From positions 12,982 to 76,981 of the forward strand of contig JAZURY010000025.1 of the NCBI GenBank assembly GCA_045606445.1: DNA of 64,000 nucleotides, written 5' to 3'. Position numbers and translations under genes: made by a program. Below the pieces are notes generated by a model. That model saw only the letters and a list, made by a program, of their open reading frames with translations. It made no database searches and was not told the DNA's origin. This document shows, in pieces, positions 45,296 to 54,505 of the stretch (position 1 is the stretch's first letter; each line of letters begins with the position of its first letter). Source of the DNA: Bacteroidaceae bacterium (GTDB lineage Bacteria > Bacteroidota > Bacteroidia > Bacteroidales > Bacteroidaceae).

Positions 45296-46512
45296 TGATG
45301 AAAAGAAATCTCCTGTATACAGTTGTTGGTTTAGTGTTGACAAGCACGGTGGCCTGTACTAATGATATTCAGGTCATCGGACAGATGGATGAAGGACCAG
45401 ACCGCATCTATCTGGCTGTTGGTGTGGATGGTGCTGTTCCTTCTCGTTCACCTTTTTATCCGACTGATGGAAACGGTACGGTATTGACTTCTCCTTCCAT
45501 GGAGCATCCATTGGACGTTTCGGTATGGGCTTCCACTACTCCCGGTGAATATCCTAATTCAGGATTGAACGGCAAATCAGGTAGTGTGGCTATTCATACC
45601 CAGGCTCACTTTATAAGCGGCGACCCCCAATTGCTGGGTGAAGCCATCTACCCTAAGCAACCATCTGGGAGTGAAACTCCGATTCCGGTCAATTTTATAG
45701 GTCTGCACCCTAAAAGTGTGGCAGGGGGAAACGTTTGGACAGTATCTCCAGACAATAAGAATGCTTCTTACGTTTTTACTGGCAAGGAAGACGTTATGTT
45801 TGCTCCTCAGATTTCCGGAACTTATGGAATTGATTATAACAGTTCTCCTGCGTTCCATTTCTACCATCTGCTCACATGGCTCCGTTTTGAGGTGGTAGCA
45901 GACAAGGATGAGACAGATGTGAAGAAGCGGGAAGCTATAGCGGCTGCTTGGGGAAAAATAAAGACGCTGACCATCAAGAGTAAGAACAAAGTTACAATAC
46001 CTAATGTAGGAGGTGTGACAAGCGGAAACTTGGTAGGGTCGGTGTCTTATGACAATGAAGTGGACATGTCTTTATACAAGACTGCCTCGGATGACGTATA
46101 TCCGGAAATCGGCGGTAGCGTTATTCCCACCAAAGGCATTGAGGAAGTGGCTTATGTGATGTGCGCTCCTGTAACAGGTGTTTATAAGGATGCAGATGAA
46201 AAGATGGTGCCCGAATATACGTTACATATCGAAACAGAAAACCGCACATTGGATATTCCTGTTGATTTAAGAATAGCTGATATTGTAGATAAGAACAATG
46301 ATGGAGTTATATCTGATGAAGAAAGAAAAGCCGCCTTCTTCCTTGAAAGTACGATGGGTAAGCAATTTACCATTCTGCTGAATTTTAAGATGGGTGATGT
46401 TATCAGCGTAGCCACAATGATTTCGCTGGGAGGCGAAACTGACTGGTTTACGCATGGTACTGGTAACGGAGATATAGGAGAAGAAGATTTAGATATTCCA
46501 GTTAGTGAATGA
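45292..46512 (+). CDS. Fimbrillin-family lipoprotein
   Basis: ATGA-type overlap with the previous gene. Lipobox STVAC. FHFYHLLTWLRFEVVA motif. Confidence 0.65.
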   Translation: MMMKRNLLYTVVGLVLTSTVACTNDIQVIGQMDEGPDRIYLAVGVDGAVPSRSPFYPTDGNGTVLTSPSMEHPLDVSVWASTTPGEYPNSGLNGKSGSVAIHTQAHFISGDPQLLGEAIYPKQPSGSETPIPVNFIGLHPKSVAGGNVWTVSPDNKNASYVFTGKEDVMFAPQISGTYGIDYNSSPAFHFYHLLTWLRFEVVADKDETDVKKREAIAAAWGKIKTLTIKSKNKVTIPNVGGVTSGNLVGSVSYDNEVDMSLYKTASDDVYPEIGGSVIPTKGIEEVAYVMCAPVTGVYKDADEKMVPEYTLHIETENRTLDIPVDLRIADIVDKNNDGVISDEERKAAFFLESTMGKQFTILLNFKMGDVISVATMISLGGETDWFTHGTGNGDIGEEDLDIPVSE

Positions 46513-47543
46513 GAACTATGAAAGGGATATATACCATATTATATATTATAATGGCCATGGTGGGCTGTATGTCTTTGATGGCATGCGCGGAACAGGGAGA
46601 ATGGATGGACGACAACAGCATTAGTTTGCGTGCAGAGGTGGAACGGGTTGCCCCCATGTCTCGTAGTGGCAACTATGCGGAACCGGTGGCTGATAATAAT
46701 CTGAGAGCAATGGTTTGGTTTTCATTCGATCAAGATGAATATCCAGAAGCAGAAGGGAGCATAGACCCTGAAACTAACATTCCTGGCCATTACGTAATAG
46801 ATTTTAAAGGTGAGGAAGCCGCTTTCCCAAATGTGACGAATGAAAACATGAGACCCCGATATCCAATAGATAACACACCAGTTTATTGTGTGGGTTTCTA
46901 TCCGCATGAAGGTTGGGAAGGTTGGAACAATAATGATTCTAAAGTGACACATGAGATTACTGGGTTTGAAGACCTGATGTACGCTCCGCCCATTATCGGA
47001 AGTTGGAATAACCACTTTGATAAACATCAGTTTTTGCACCTGCTTACTTGGCTGAAGGTGTGCGTGTGTGCCACCACCACAGAGGCTGGTAATTATTGGG
47101 GTAGGTTGAAAAGAATTACGCTGAAAGATGTGCCTCAAGAATTGCAAATAAACAATCTCTCGAAAATGCAGAGTGATTACGGTAAAAAGATAACATCTGA
47201 TGATATCTCTCCATTAAAAGATACTGAGGGGAATTCGATAATTCATTCTGTGGACATCTTGAATAATGACCCTGGCATAGACTTGGGAATCAATCTTCAG
47301 GATGTAGGTTCCATCTTCTGTTATCCACAGTCTTCTTATACTATAGTTGTAGAATGCGAAAATGGTGAGACAAAAGAAATAGAGATAGATCTAAATCCAC
47401 TATCAGGCACTATAGGTTTTCCCGCTGGGTACCAATATGTAATTACACTTAATTTTCATCCGTTCAATGTGGTGGAAGGTGTGTGTACACTGCAGGAATG
47501 GAATGCTCAGAATGAAGAATTGTATCCTGATGCTCAACAATAA
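46509..47543 (+). CDS. Fimbrillin-family lipoprotein
   Basis: ATGA overlap. Lipobox SLMAC. HQFLHLLTWLKVCVCA motif. Confidence 0.65.
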   Translation: MRTMKGIYTILYIIMAMVGCMSLMACAEQGEWMDDNSISLRAEVERVAPMSRSGNYAEPVADNNLRAMVWFSFDQDEYPEAEGSIDPETNIPGHYVIDFKGEEAAFPNVTNENMRPRYPIDNTPVYCVGFYPHEGWEGWNNNDSKVTHEITGFEDLMYAPPIIGSWNNHFDKHQFLHLLTWLKVCVCATTTEAGNYWGRLKRITLKDVPQELQINNLSKMQSDYGKKITSDDISPLKDTEGNSIIHSVDILNNDPGIDLGINLQDVGSIFCYPQSSYTIVVECENGETKEIEIDLNPLSGTIGFPAGYQYVITLNFHPFNVVEGVCTLQEWNAQNEELYPDAQQ

Positions 47544-47555
47544 ACAATAAGAACA

Positions 47556-50500
47556 ATGAAGAACAGATATACTATTTGGAGATGCCTTACTGCCTTCATG
47601 CTCGTCATAGTGGGAGTATGTGCCTGTACAGATGAGTTGGAGGGATTGGGAATTAGTTCCATTCGTCCCACGGATGTTATTTGTTTTAACGCTTCATTGT
47701 CTGACAACCGCTCTGCTTCCCAAACCAGAAGCGCATCTGGTCATTTGGAAATTGAACAAGAAGAATGGTTGGTAGGGGAACGGATTGTGACACGAGGAAA
47801 ACCTGTAACATCGTTGGAAGGCTCTGCCGGCGTCATCGGATATGTGTATGACAACACATGGACCACTTCGGTTAAACCATGGTCGGGGCTGTATAATACG
47901 GAATATGTGTTCAATGGAGATGAACTGACGGCAAAAGAGAATGATGTCAGATGGAATACCTTAAAGCTGAGCAAAGCCAGATTTTATGTGTATGCACCAT
48001 ACAGTATAAATGGTGGGAAACTGTCAAATAACGAACAAGGGGGGAATCCGACAATAACATACACCGTTGATGCTACTCCTGCCAATCAGCAAGACTTGAT
48101 TGTGGCTTCATGGGATGGACCTGCCAGTTACAAGCAGAGCATTCCCCTCTCGTTTGAACATGCCTTGACTGCCGTAAAGTTTAAAGTGGGATTTGAGTGT
48201 ACGGTAACAAAGCTTGAAGTTATAGGCATATATAATAGTGGTACTTATACTTTTGGTGATGGATGGGAAGTTTCAACTACTTCTTCTACGGGGAATTATG
48301 AAATTTCTTCATTGACCGAAGATAACACCTTGATGATGATTCCGCAGAAATTAGGTCCGGATGCAAAAGTTGTACTTCATTATACAAAAGAAGGTGAAAC
48401 GAAGACTATCACATCTCCGCTGAAAGATAAAGTGTGGCAAGCCGGCAAGATGATTACCTACACTATCCATGAAACTAAAGCACCCGAGACCATTTATTTT
48501 GATTTGGCGGCAGGGAATATCTTAATCTGCTGCACAGAAGATGATCAGAATGCACCTTCGGAAACAGACACTTATATTGGTTATGTGTATAAAAACGGTA
48601 CTCCTACCGAAGTGAAAGGTGATCATAAACCATCCAACATCTACTATGTTTATCAAACTGATGGAGAAAATAGATATACCCCAATCACATATAATGGTAA
48701 GCCTTGGGCCGATTTCATAAAGAACAACGCTTCTGTTGCAGGAGTAATAAAGGCATGGAATTATGCTGCACAAACTGCCGGTAGAAAAGCCACAAGCAAC
48801 AGGATTCGAGTATATGGCTCGAATAAAGAGGTGAATCTCACAATAGACAACATCTATACGAACTATGCAGAAAGATCTGTGTCACGCACAAAAGCCGGAA
48901 TCGGATTTAATGCTGGAAGCACCTCGAAACTGACCATTACGACAATTGGAGACAACAGAGTAAGTGCCATCCATTATCATGGTGGAAAAGATAAAAATAA
49001 TCAATTAATTTTTGAAGGAACTGGCTCATTAACCGTCTGCGCAGCTTCTGGTAATACAGAATTCTACAATGATACATATGTTGGAGAAACAACAAGGAAT
49101 GATACTACATTTATTGATAACCATTGGTGTTCTGCTATCGGTGGAAATGATAGCGGTGAAGGAAATAGTTGTGGAATAGTCATTAATAGTGGTAATATTT
49201 TTGCAGGAACAACTAAAGCTGAAAATTGTACTGCAATTGGAGCAGGAGGAAATGATAGGGGAGTAATAACTATCAACGGTGGTAATGTTACTGCTGTAGC
49301 AACAACTACAGGAACAGCAATAGGAGGTGGCATTGGGTTTAATTCTGCAGGTGGTTATGGTATTATAACAATAAAAGGTGGTAATGTATATGCATACAAC
49401 CACCAAAACAGATGGAGCATTCCAAGTTCTGCCATTGGCGGAGCTGGATCAAGTGCTGCTGCAGGAACACAAGGTGATGTATATATCAATGGCGGATATG
49501 TGTATGCATACTCAGCTTTAGGAACAGCTATTGGTGGTGGAAGTAGTAAAACGAATGTAGGAGGTGATGCATATGTTACAATAACAGGAGGCCAGATTAT
49601 AGCAAAAAGTGGTAGTGGTGCTGGTATTGGCGGAGGCAGTGCTTACACAGTGGGAGATGAAAAAGACACAAATTACAATGGCGGTACAGCTAACGTTAAA
49701 ATATCCGGAAATCCGATTATTCGAACAGGCTCTATCGGTGGTGGAAATACAAGTGCTAAGAATGGAAAGATTGGTTCAGCCTCCGTTAATATATCTGGTG
49801 GAGACATTCAAGCGCAATTTGTGATGGCAGCAGGTGCTAAGGAAACACCTGAGTTTACTATGTCAGGTGGAATCATCCGAAACAGTTATGTGGATGATGA
49901 GGAATATATCCATATCAAAAAACAAGGTGGTGCTGTCTACTTAGAAGATGGAACCTTCACCATGTCGGGTGGAACTATCAAGAACTGTTCTGCAGTGCAA
50001 GGTGGAGCAGTTTATATAGCACGAAAATCAACAGAACAAATGGCAGAAGGCCAATTCAATTTCAAAATGGAAGGTGGAGAAATTCATTCGTGCTTTGCAA
50101 CTGGTGGTGAGATTGGTAACACTCCATATTTAGGACATGGTGGAGCAATTTGTTTAAATGGTGGACAGATTCATATGTCAGGTGGAAAGATTTGGAACAA
50201 CTATTCCGAAAATGGTGATGGTGGTGCTGTATATATCAGCAACGGTAACTTCTTTATGAAGAATTTATCTCGTATTATTACACACAATTATCCTACCATT
50301 ACAGGAAATGCAGCCCACAAAGGTAATGGTGGTGGCGTGTTTGTTTCATCAGAAAATGGAAAATCCGTAATGGTGGATTTGTTGCAAGGTATCATCACCA
50401 ATAACACAGCCAACAACTACGGTGGTGGCATCTGTGTGGATATGGGTAACACAGAAAATGCAGCAACTGTAACCGTTGGTGCTGATGGACAAGGAGTAAC

Positions 50501-50939
50501 TGTAGGTGATGCGAATCCTAAGATTTCTGGTAACATGGCCATGATGTCTGGCGGTGGACTTTATGTAAGAGGTATGAATGCCAATGTTACTATTAATAGT
50601 GGTATGATAGCTCAGAACAAAGTTTCTGCCTATGTAAAGAACCAGGATGTAGCGAACGAAATGGGTGGTGTGACATTGAATGCAGGTCTGGTAACACATG
50701 TGGTTGTAACATTCGATGGTAATGAAGGTACAGTTGATGGAACGGACCCCTATTATACTCAAAATATTGTAACCAACACGAATAGTAAATTAGCGCCAAA
50801 TCGTTTCGAACGTGATGGTTATAATTTCGCAGGTTGGAACACTCGTGCGGACGGCTTGGGTGATTCTTATTCTGAAGGAGATGCAAAACCTCATTCAAGG
50901 GATATTACACTATATGCCCAATGGGAAGCACAACAATAA
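47556..50939 (+). CDS. Chimeric pilus tip candidate: fimbrillin-like N-domain + long Pmp-like parallel beta-helix + C-terminal Listeria-Bacteroides (Flg_new) repeat
   Basis: Lipobox GVCAC. SFEHALTAVKFKVGFE fimbrillin motif. From residue ~470 there are dozens of GG(A/G)(I/V) turns (GGAVYLEDGTFTMSGGTIKNCSAVQGGAVYIA, GHGGAICLNGGQIHMSGGKIWNN, NYGGGICVD). The end, VTFDGNEGTVDG...FERDGYNFAGWNTRADGLGDSYSEGD...DITLYAQWE, is an InlB-B/Flg_new repeat. Confidence 0.7.
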   Translation: MKNRYTIWRCLTAFMLVIVGVCACTDELEGLGISSIRPTDVICFNASLSDNRSASQTRSASGHLEIEQEEWLVGERIVTRGKPVTSLEGSAGVIGYVYDNTWTTSVKPWSGLYNTEYVFNGDELTAKENDVRWNTLKLSKARFYVYAPYSINGGKLSNNEQGGNPTITYTVDATPANQQDLIVASWDGPASYKQSIPLSFEHALTAVKFKVGFECTVTKLEVIGIYNSGTYTFGDGWEVSTTSSTGNYEISSLTEDNTLMMIPQKLGPDAKVVLHYTKEGETKTITSPLKDKVWQAGKMITYTIHETKAPETIYFDLAAGNILICCTEDDQNAPSETDTYIGYVYKNGTPTEVKGDHKPSNIYYVYQTDGENRYTPITYNGKPWADFIKNNASVAGVIKAWNYAAQTAGRKATSNRIRVYGSNKEVNLTIDNIYTNYAERSVSRTKAGIGFNAGSTSKLTITTIGDNRVSAIHYHGGKDKNNQLIFEGTGSLTVCAASGNTEFYNDTYVGETTRNDTTFIDNHWCSAIGGNDSGEGNSCGIVINSGNIFAGTTKAENCTAIGAGGNDRGVITINGGNVTAVATTTGTAIGGGIGFNSAGGYGIITIKGGNVYAYNHQNRWSIPSSAIGGAGSSAAAGTQGDVYINGGYVYAYSALGTAIGGGSSKTNVGGDAYVTITGGQIIAKSGSGAGIGGGSAYTVGDEKDTNYNGGTANVKISGNPIIRTGSIGGGNTSAKNGKIGSASVNISGGDIQAQFVMAAGAKETPEFTMSGGIIRNSYVDDEEYIHIKKQGGAVYLEDGTFTMSGGTIKNCSAVQGGAVYIARKSTEQMAEGQFNFKMEGGEIHSCFATGGEIGNTPYLGHGGAICLNGGQIHMSGGKIWNNYSENGDGGAVYISNGNFFMKNLSRIITHNYPTITGNAAHKGNGGGVFVSSENGKSVMVDLLQGIITNNTANNYGGGICVDMGNTENAATVTVGADGQGVTVGDANPKISGNMAMMSGGGLYVRGMNANVTINSGMIAQNKVSAYVKNQDVANEMGGVTLNAGLVTHVVVTFDGNEGTVDGTDPYYTQNIVTNTNSKLAPNRFERDGYNFAGWNTRADGLGDSYSEGDAKPHSRDITLYAQWEAQQ

Positions 50940-51007
50940 TATTATAGGGCGCCATTTCTTCTATTAACAGCCTTATAGATAAGGGCAGAACGAATGAAAG
51001 GAAAATC

Positions 51008-51041
51008 GCAGTACGGTGCAATGGCGAACGCACCGTGCTGC
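51008..51041 (+). terminator. 12-bp hairpin downstream of pilus operon 2 (weak T-run)
   Basis: GCAGTACGGTGC-N10-GCACCGTGCTGC with one U-G pair on the plus strand. Confidence 0.4.
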
Positions 51042-51245
51042 GTTGCGTTTCGGATACTGGTGCATCGGCCACCGCACCGGTATGCGATTATTGGCCGCCA
51101 CTATATAGGGACGTTCTAAAAACAAGAAAATCCTTCCTTACTTTATGGAATAAACTTAAGGATTTCTCTCTGCCATACGACACAGAGAAATCCTAATGAC
51201 CGATTTGGGTTTATAGCAAAATTAATGCAAGCATTATTTTGTTAT

Positions 51246-51352
51246 TCTCTCACTTATTCGTACCCTTGACCTATTGGTCGAAGGTACTTCTGCTCGGAAG
51301 TAAAAATAAATCTAAATTTATTTTGTACTTCTCTCGCTTATTCGTACCTTTG
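51246..51352 (+). repeat. Promoter-like/hairpin repeat family, copies 3a and 3b (3b supplies a canonical promoter)
   Basis: Near-identical to 38566-38670. The distal part reads TTTG(51322-51325)-N19-TACCTTTG(51345-51352), which is the Bacteroidota TTTG/TAnnTTTG consensus. Confidence 0.85.
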
Positions 51353-51355
51353 CAT

Positions 51356-51447
51356 GCGTCATCAGGGGTGCATGGCCGATATTGGCCTTGCTGAGAATAT
51401 ACCCTCAAATGATCTGAACCGGGTAGTGCCGGCGTAGAGAGTATGAA
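51356..51447 (+). promoter_or_regulatory. TPP (THI-box) riboswitch
   Basis: CAGGGGTGC...GCTGAGA...ACCCTCAAATGATCTGAACCGGGTAGTGCCGGCGTAGAGAG contains the conserved GGGGUGC, CUGAGA, ACCC and GAUCUG..UAGUGCC.GCGUAG.GA blocks. It lies directly downstream of a consensus promoter and upstream of transporter genes. Confidence 0.85.
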
Positions 51448-51550
51448 CGGTCCGTTTCCTTATATATATAAATAAGGTAAAGGGGATGGGCCAATTTTCC
51501 AACCAGTAATTCGTAACGGTGATTACGAACGAAGCAAAGAAAGGATTCCT

Positions 51551-53917
51551 ATGAAAGGAAAGTTTCTTGCCGTACTTGCATTAGTGGGTATGGCGGGCAT
51601 GTCCTATGCCCAAGAGAGGGAGCAGGACTCTGTCCGTGTGGCAGAGTTGGGTGAGGTAGTGGTAAAGGCGGTAAGTGCCCCCAAGGGTGCGCCTTTTGCC
51701 GTGAGCAGAATCAGCAAGATGGAGTTGCAGGAGTTCTCCACAGGCGGGCAGGAGTTGCCCTACCTGTTTGCACGCACCCCGGGTGTGGTGGCGTGGAGCG
51801 AGAACGGACTGGGCACCGGTACGGTGTACATGCGTATGCGTGGCAGTGCCGGAAGCCGTGTGAACGTCACTCTGGACGGCGTATCGCTCAATTCGCCTGA
51901 AGACCAGTGCGTCTTCTGGGCCAACATGAATTCCTATGCCTCCCTGTTGGGAAGCGTGCAGATACAGCGCGGCGTGGGCAGCAGCACGACGGGCGACGGT
52001 GCCTTCGGAGGCAGCATTGCCATGCAGACCAAGTTGCCACAGATGGACCCCATGCTGGAGGTGACGGGAAGTTACGGCAGTTACAACACATGGCGCACGG
52101 GAGGTCAGTTCTCCACTGGTCTGCTGGGCAAGCATTGGGTGGTGGACGGAGCCTATCATCAGACCACTACCGATGGTTATCTGCATGGCACGCATGGCAA
52201 GAGCGGAAGTTACACGGCAGGTGTGGCATGGCTGAGCGAGGACACTCGCCTGGTGCTGAAATACAGGAACTTGGGCAACTTTGAAAGTACCGGTCAGGCA
52301 TGGAACGGAGTGACGGCAGGCAACGATGACTACAGCCTGAATGCCTATGGCGGAGTGAAGACCTACGAGGACCTCTACCGCATGGGACTGGGCAGATACA
52401 ACAGTCTGTACGAGCGTTTCATAGAGGACTGGGACGACCCCACGGCATGGAAGACAGAACGCTATGCCAAGGTGGACGGAAGTCTGTGGGACCGCACTAC
52501 GGACAACTTCTGGCAGAACCACAATATCCTGTCTGCGGCTTGGCGCATAAACGACCATTGGAGCACCACGGCAGCCCTGCGCTATACCTATGGCTATGGC
52601 TACTACGACGAGTTCCGCTATCAGAACAAGGGTGCAAGCAAGTTCGGCCTGAACTATGTGCCGCAGGACGGCAGCAACCGTAGCGACTTCGTGCGCCAGA
52701 AGGGCCTCACCCAGCACACCTATGGCGTGCATCTGAATGCCAACTACAAGGACCGCCGTTGGGATGTCGTCACCGGCCTGTCTGCCCAGGGCTTCACCGG
52801 CAACCATTTTGGCTACCTGACCTATATCAGCAACGAGGACCTGCGCAACCACTATATACCCACTCCAGGAGGCAAGTACCAATACTACGACAGCGATGCG
52901 CAGAAGAACGATATCTCCCTCTTTGCCAAGGCCACGCTGCACCTCAGCGACCAGTGGGATGCCTTTGCAGATGTGCAGTACCGCCACGTGGGCTTCCGCA
53001 CGGACGGATATAACGACAAGTTCGTGAAGGATGCCGACGGCTTGTATCAGGCACAACCGCTCAACGTGGACGTGACATACGACTTCGTGAATCCCAAGGC
53101 TGGTTTCGCCTGGCACAAGGACGGACATCGTGCCTATGTGAGTTATGCCATGAGTTCCAGAGAGCCAGAGCGCAACAACTTCACCGACAACGGCCAGAGC
53201 GGTGCTCCGCGTGCCGAGCGTCTGCACGATGTGGAGGTAGGCTATTCCTATGACGGCAAGAACTGGTATGCCTCGGTGGGCGCTTACTATATGGGCTATA
53301 AGGACCAACTTGTGCAGACGGGAGAACTGAGCGACATAGGCGAGGCGCTGACCACTAACATCGAGGACTCCTACCGTATGGGACTGGAGGTAAGTGCCGG
53401 TTACACACCCTTCAAGTGGTTGTCTCTGGACGTGAACGGAGCCTTCAGCCGCAACCGCATACTCTCCTTCGACGAGCATGTCAGTTACGACTGGGACGAG
53501 TCCTTCCAGGTGAAGCATTACGACAACCCCACCCTGGCCTTCTCTCCCTCTGTGGTGCTCAACGGCATGGCCACCTTCCGTTGGCAGGGACTGAAAGCAG
53601 TATGGCATACCAACTTCGTCAGCCGTCAGTATCTGGACAACACCCAGTGTCTGGACCGCTCCCTGCCTCGCTATAGCACCACGGCCGTGCGCCTCAGTTA
53701 TACCCTCAACCCAAGGCAGAACAGCGCACGCCTGAAGCAAGTCGTCTTCGGTCTGGACCTCAACAACATCTTCGACCGCCACTTCGCACAAAGTGGCTGG
53801 GTGTACAGCAGTGTCGTGCCCGACTATGGCTTCACCGAAGAGAACCGCTACTACCAGATAGGCTACACACCCTCGGCAGGGTTCAATCTGATGGGGCATG
53901 TGACGCTTTCTTTTTAA
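51551..53917 (+). CDS. TonB-dependent outer-membrane receptor (thiamine-related by riboswitch context)
   Basis: Signal peptide. Plug-domain start LGEVVVKA. A long beta-barrel ends in ...GHVTLSF with a terminal aromatic residue. Confidence 0.85.
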   Translation: MKGKFLAVLALVGMAGMSYAQEREQDSVRVAELGEVVVKAVSAPKGAPFAVSRISKMELQEFSTGGQELPYLFARTPGVVAWSENGLGTGTVYMRMRGSAGSRVNVTLDGVSLNSPEDQCVFWANMNSYASLLGSVQIQRGVGSSTTGDGAFGGSIAMQTKLPQMDPMLEVTGSYGSYNTWRTGGQFSTGLLGKHWVVDGAYHQTTTDGYLHGTHGKSGSYTAGVAWLSEDTRLVLKYRNLGNFESTGQAWNGVTAGNDDYSLNAYGGVKTYEDLYRMGLGRYNSLYERFIEDWDDPTAWKTERYAKVDGSLWDRTTDNFWQNHNILSAAWRINDHWSTTAALRYTYGYGYYDEFRYQNKGASKFGLNYVPQDGSNRSDFVRQKGLTQHTYGVHLNANYKDRRWDVVTGLSAQGFTGNHFGYLTYISNEDLRNHYIPTPGGKYQYYDSDAQKNDISLFAKATLHLSDQWDAFADVQYRHVGFRTDGYNDKFVKDADGLYQAQPLNVDVTYDFVNPKAGFAWHKDGHRAYVSYAMSSREPERNNFTDNGQSGAPRAERLHDVEVGYSYDGKNWYASVGAYYMGYKDQLVQTGELSDIGEALTTNIEDSYRMGLEVSAGYTPFKWLSLDVNGAFSRNRILSFDEHVSYDWDESFQVKHYDNPTLAFSPSVVLNGMATFRWQGLKAVWHTNFVSRQYLDNTQCLDRSLPRYSTTAVRLSYTLNPRQNSARLKQVVFGLDLNNIFDRHFAQSGWVYSSVVPDYGFTEENRYYQIGYTPSAGFNLMGHVTLSF

Positions 53918-53972
53918 CGGTTAGCGGATGAACGGTTAGCGGTTAGCGGATGAGCGGATGAGCGGTGAGTGG
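53918..53972. repeat. Array of 7-8-bp repeats (CGGTTAG / CGGATGA(A/G) / CGGTGAG), left flank of the four-helix-bundle gene
   Basis: CGGTTAGCGGATGAACGGTTAGCGGTTAGCGGATGAGCGGATGAGCGGTGAGTGG starts 1 nt after the receptor stop codon. Confidence 0.9.
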
Positions 53973-54023
53973 TTCGTGAAGATGTCAGTGATAAAAGTTT
54001 TTATAAGATTTATATAAACATAT

Positions 54024-54389
54024 ATGAGTGCTCAGTATTTTACATATCGTGACTTGCGTGTTTATCAGCATGCAAAGGATTATGTGATATTTGTTTATGC
54101 TTTATTAAAACAATTTCCCAAAGAAGAAAACTATGCTCTATGTGACCAATTGAGAAGAGCTTGTGTATCAATACCATCAAACCTTGTTGAAGGTATGTCA
54201 CGTACATCGTCAAAGGAGCAATTGCATTTCATAGAGTTTGCCTATGGCTCGCTTTGTGAAACAATGTGTCAATTGGAAATCGCTTACGAATTGAATTTTA
54301 TAGGCGAGGACGACTTGAAGCAAGCTGAAGCTCGTACGACCGCAATAGCCCAAATGCTATCAGGTCTAAGGAATAAACGTTTAATTTAA
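54024..54389 (+). CDS. Four-helix-bundle protein (23S rRNA intervening-sequence protein / Avd family, PF05635-type)
   Basis: YRDLRVYQHAKDYVIFVYALLKQFPKEENYALCDQLRRACVSIPSNLVEGMSR...EFAYGSLCETMCQLEIAYELNFI is the classic family pattern. Confidence 0.85.
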   Translation: MSAQYFTYRDLRVYQHAKDYVIFVYALLKQFPKEENYALCDQLRRACVSIPSNLVEGMSRTSSKEQLHFIEFAYGSLCETMCQLEIAYELNFIGEDDLKQAEARTTAIAQMLSGLRNKRLI

Positions 54390-54394
54390 TTAAC

Positions 54395-54502
54395 AGTGAG
54401 TGGCGAGCGAATGAGCATATAACGAATAGCGATAGTGAGTTCGCTCACCGCTCACCGCTCACCGCTCATCCGCTCATCCGCTCATCCGCTCATCCGTTCA
54501 CC
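54395..54502. repeat. Right flank of the four-helix-bundle gene: a direct then an inverted array of the same 7-8-bp repeats
   Basis: GTGAGTGGCGAGCGAATGAGC...GCTCACCGCTCACCGCTCACCGCTCATCCGCTCATCCGCTCATCCGCTCATCCGTTCACC. The reverse complement of the distal part reads CGGATGAGCGGATGAGCGGATGAGCGGATGAGCGGTGAGCGGTGAGCGGTGAGC. Confidence 0.9.
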
Positions 54503-54505
54503 ATT

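Noticed and set aside
49029-49406. Minus-strand ORFs (125 aa and 89 aa) inside the beta-helix gene
   Set aside because: They are artefacts of the GGT/GGA-rich repeat field read in antisense (long stop-free T/S/C-rich strings). They have no independent start context.
51581-53899. 772-aa ORF on the minus strand covering the whole TonB-dependent receptor gene
   Set aside because: It is an antisense shadow ORF. Its sequence is low-complexity (V/H/A/G-rich) with no recognisable motif, while the plus strand has clear receptor features (signal peptide, plug, terminal aromatic). The same applies to the other long antisense ORFs in GC-rich genes: 15792-17081, 17201-18214, 18175-19206, 19022-19837, 20337-21245, 21258-21944, 24834-25499, 27746-28693, 40883-41608, 41875-42651 and 44426-45343.
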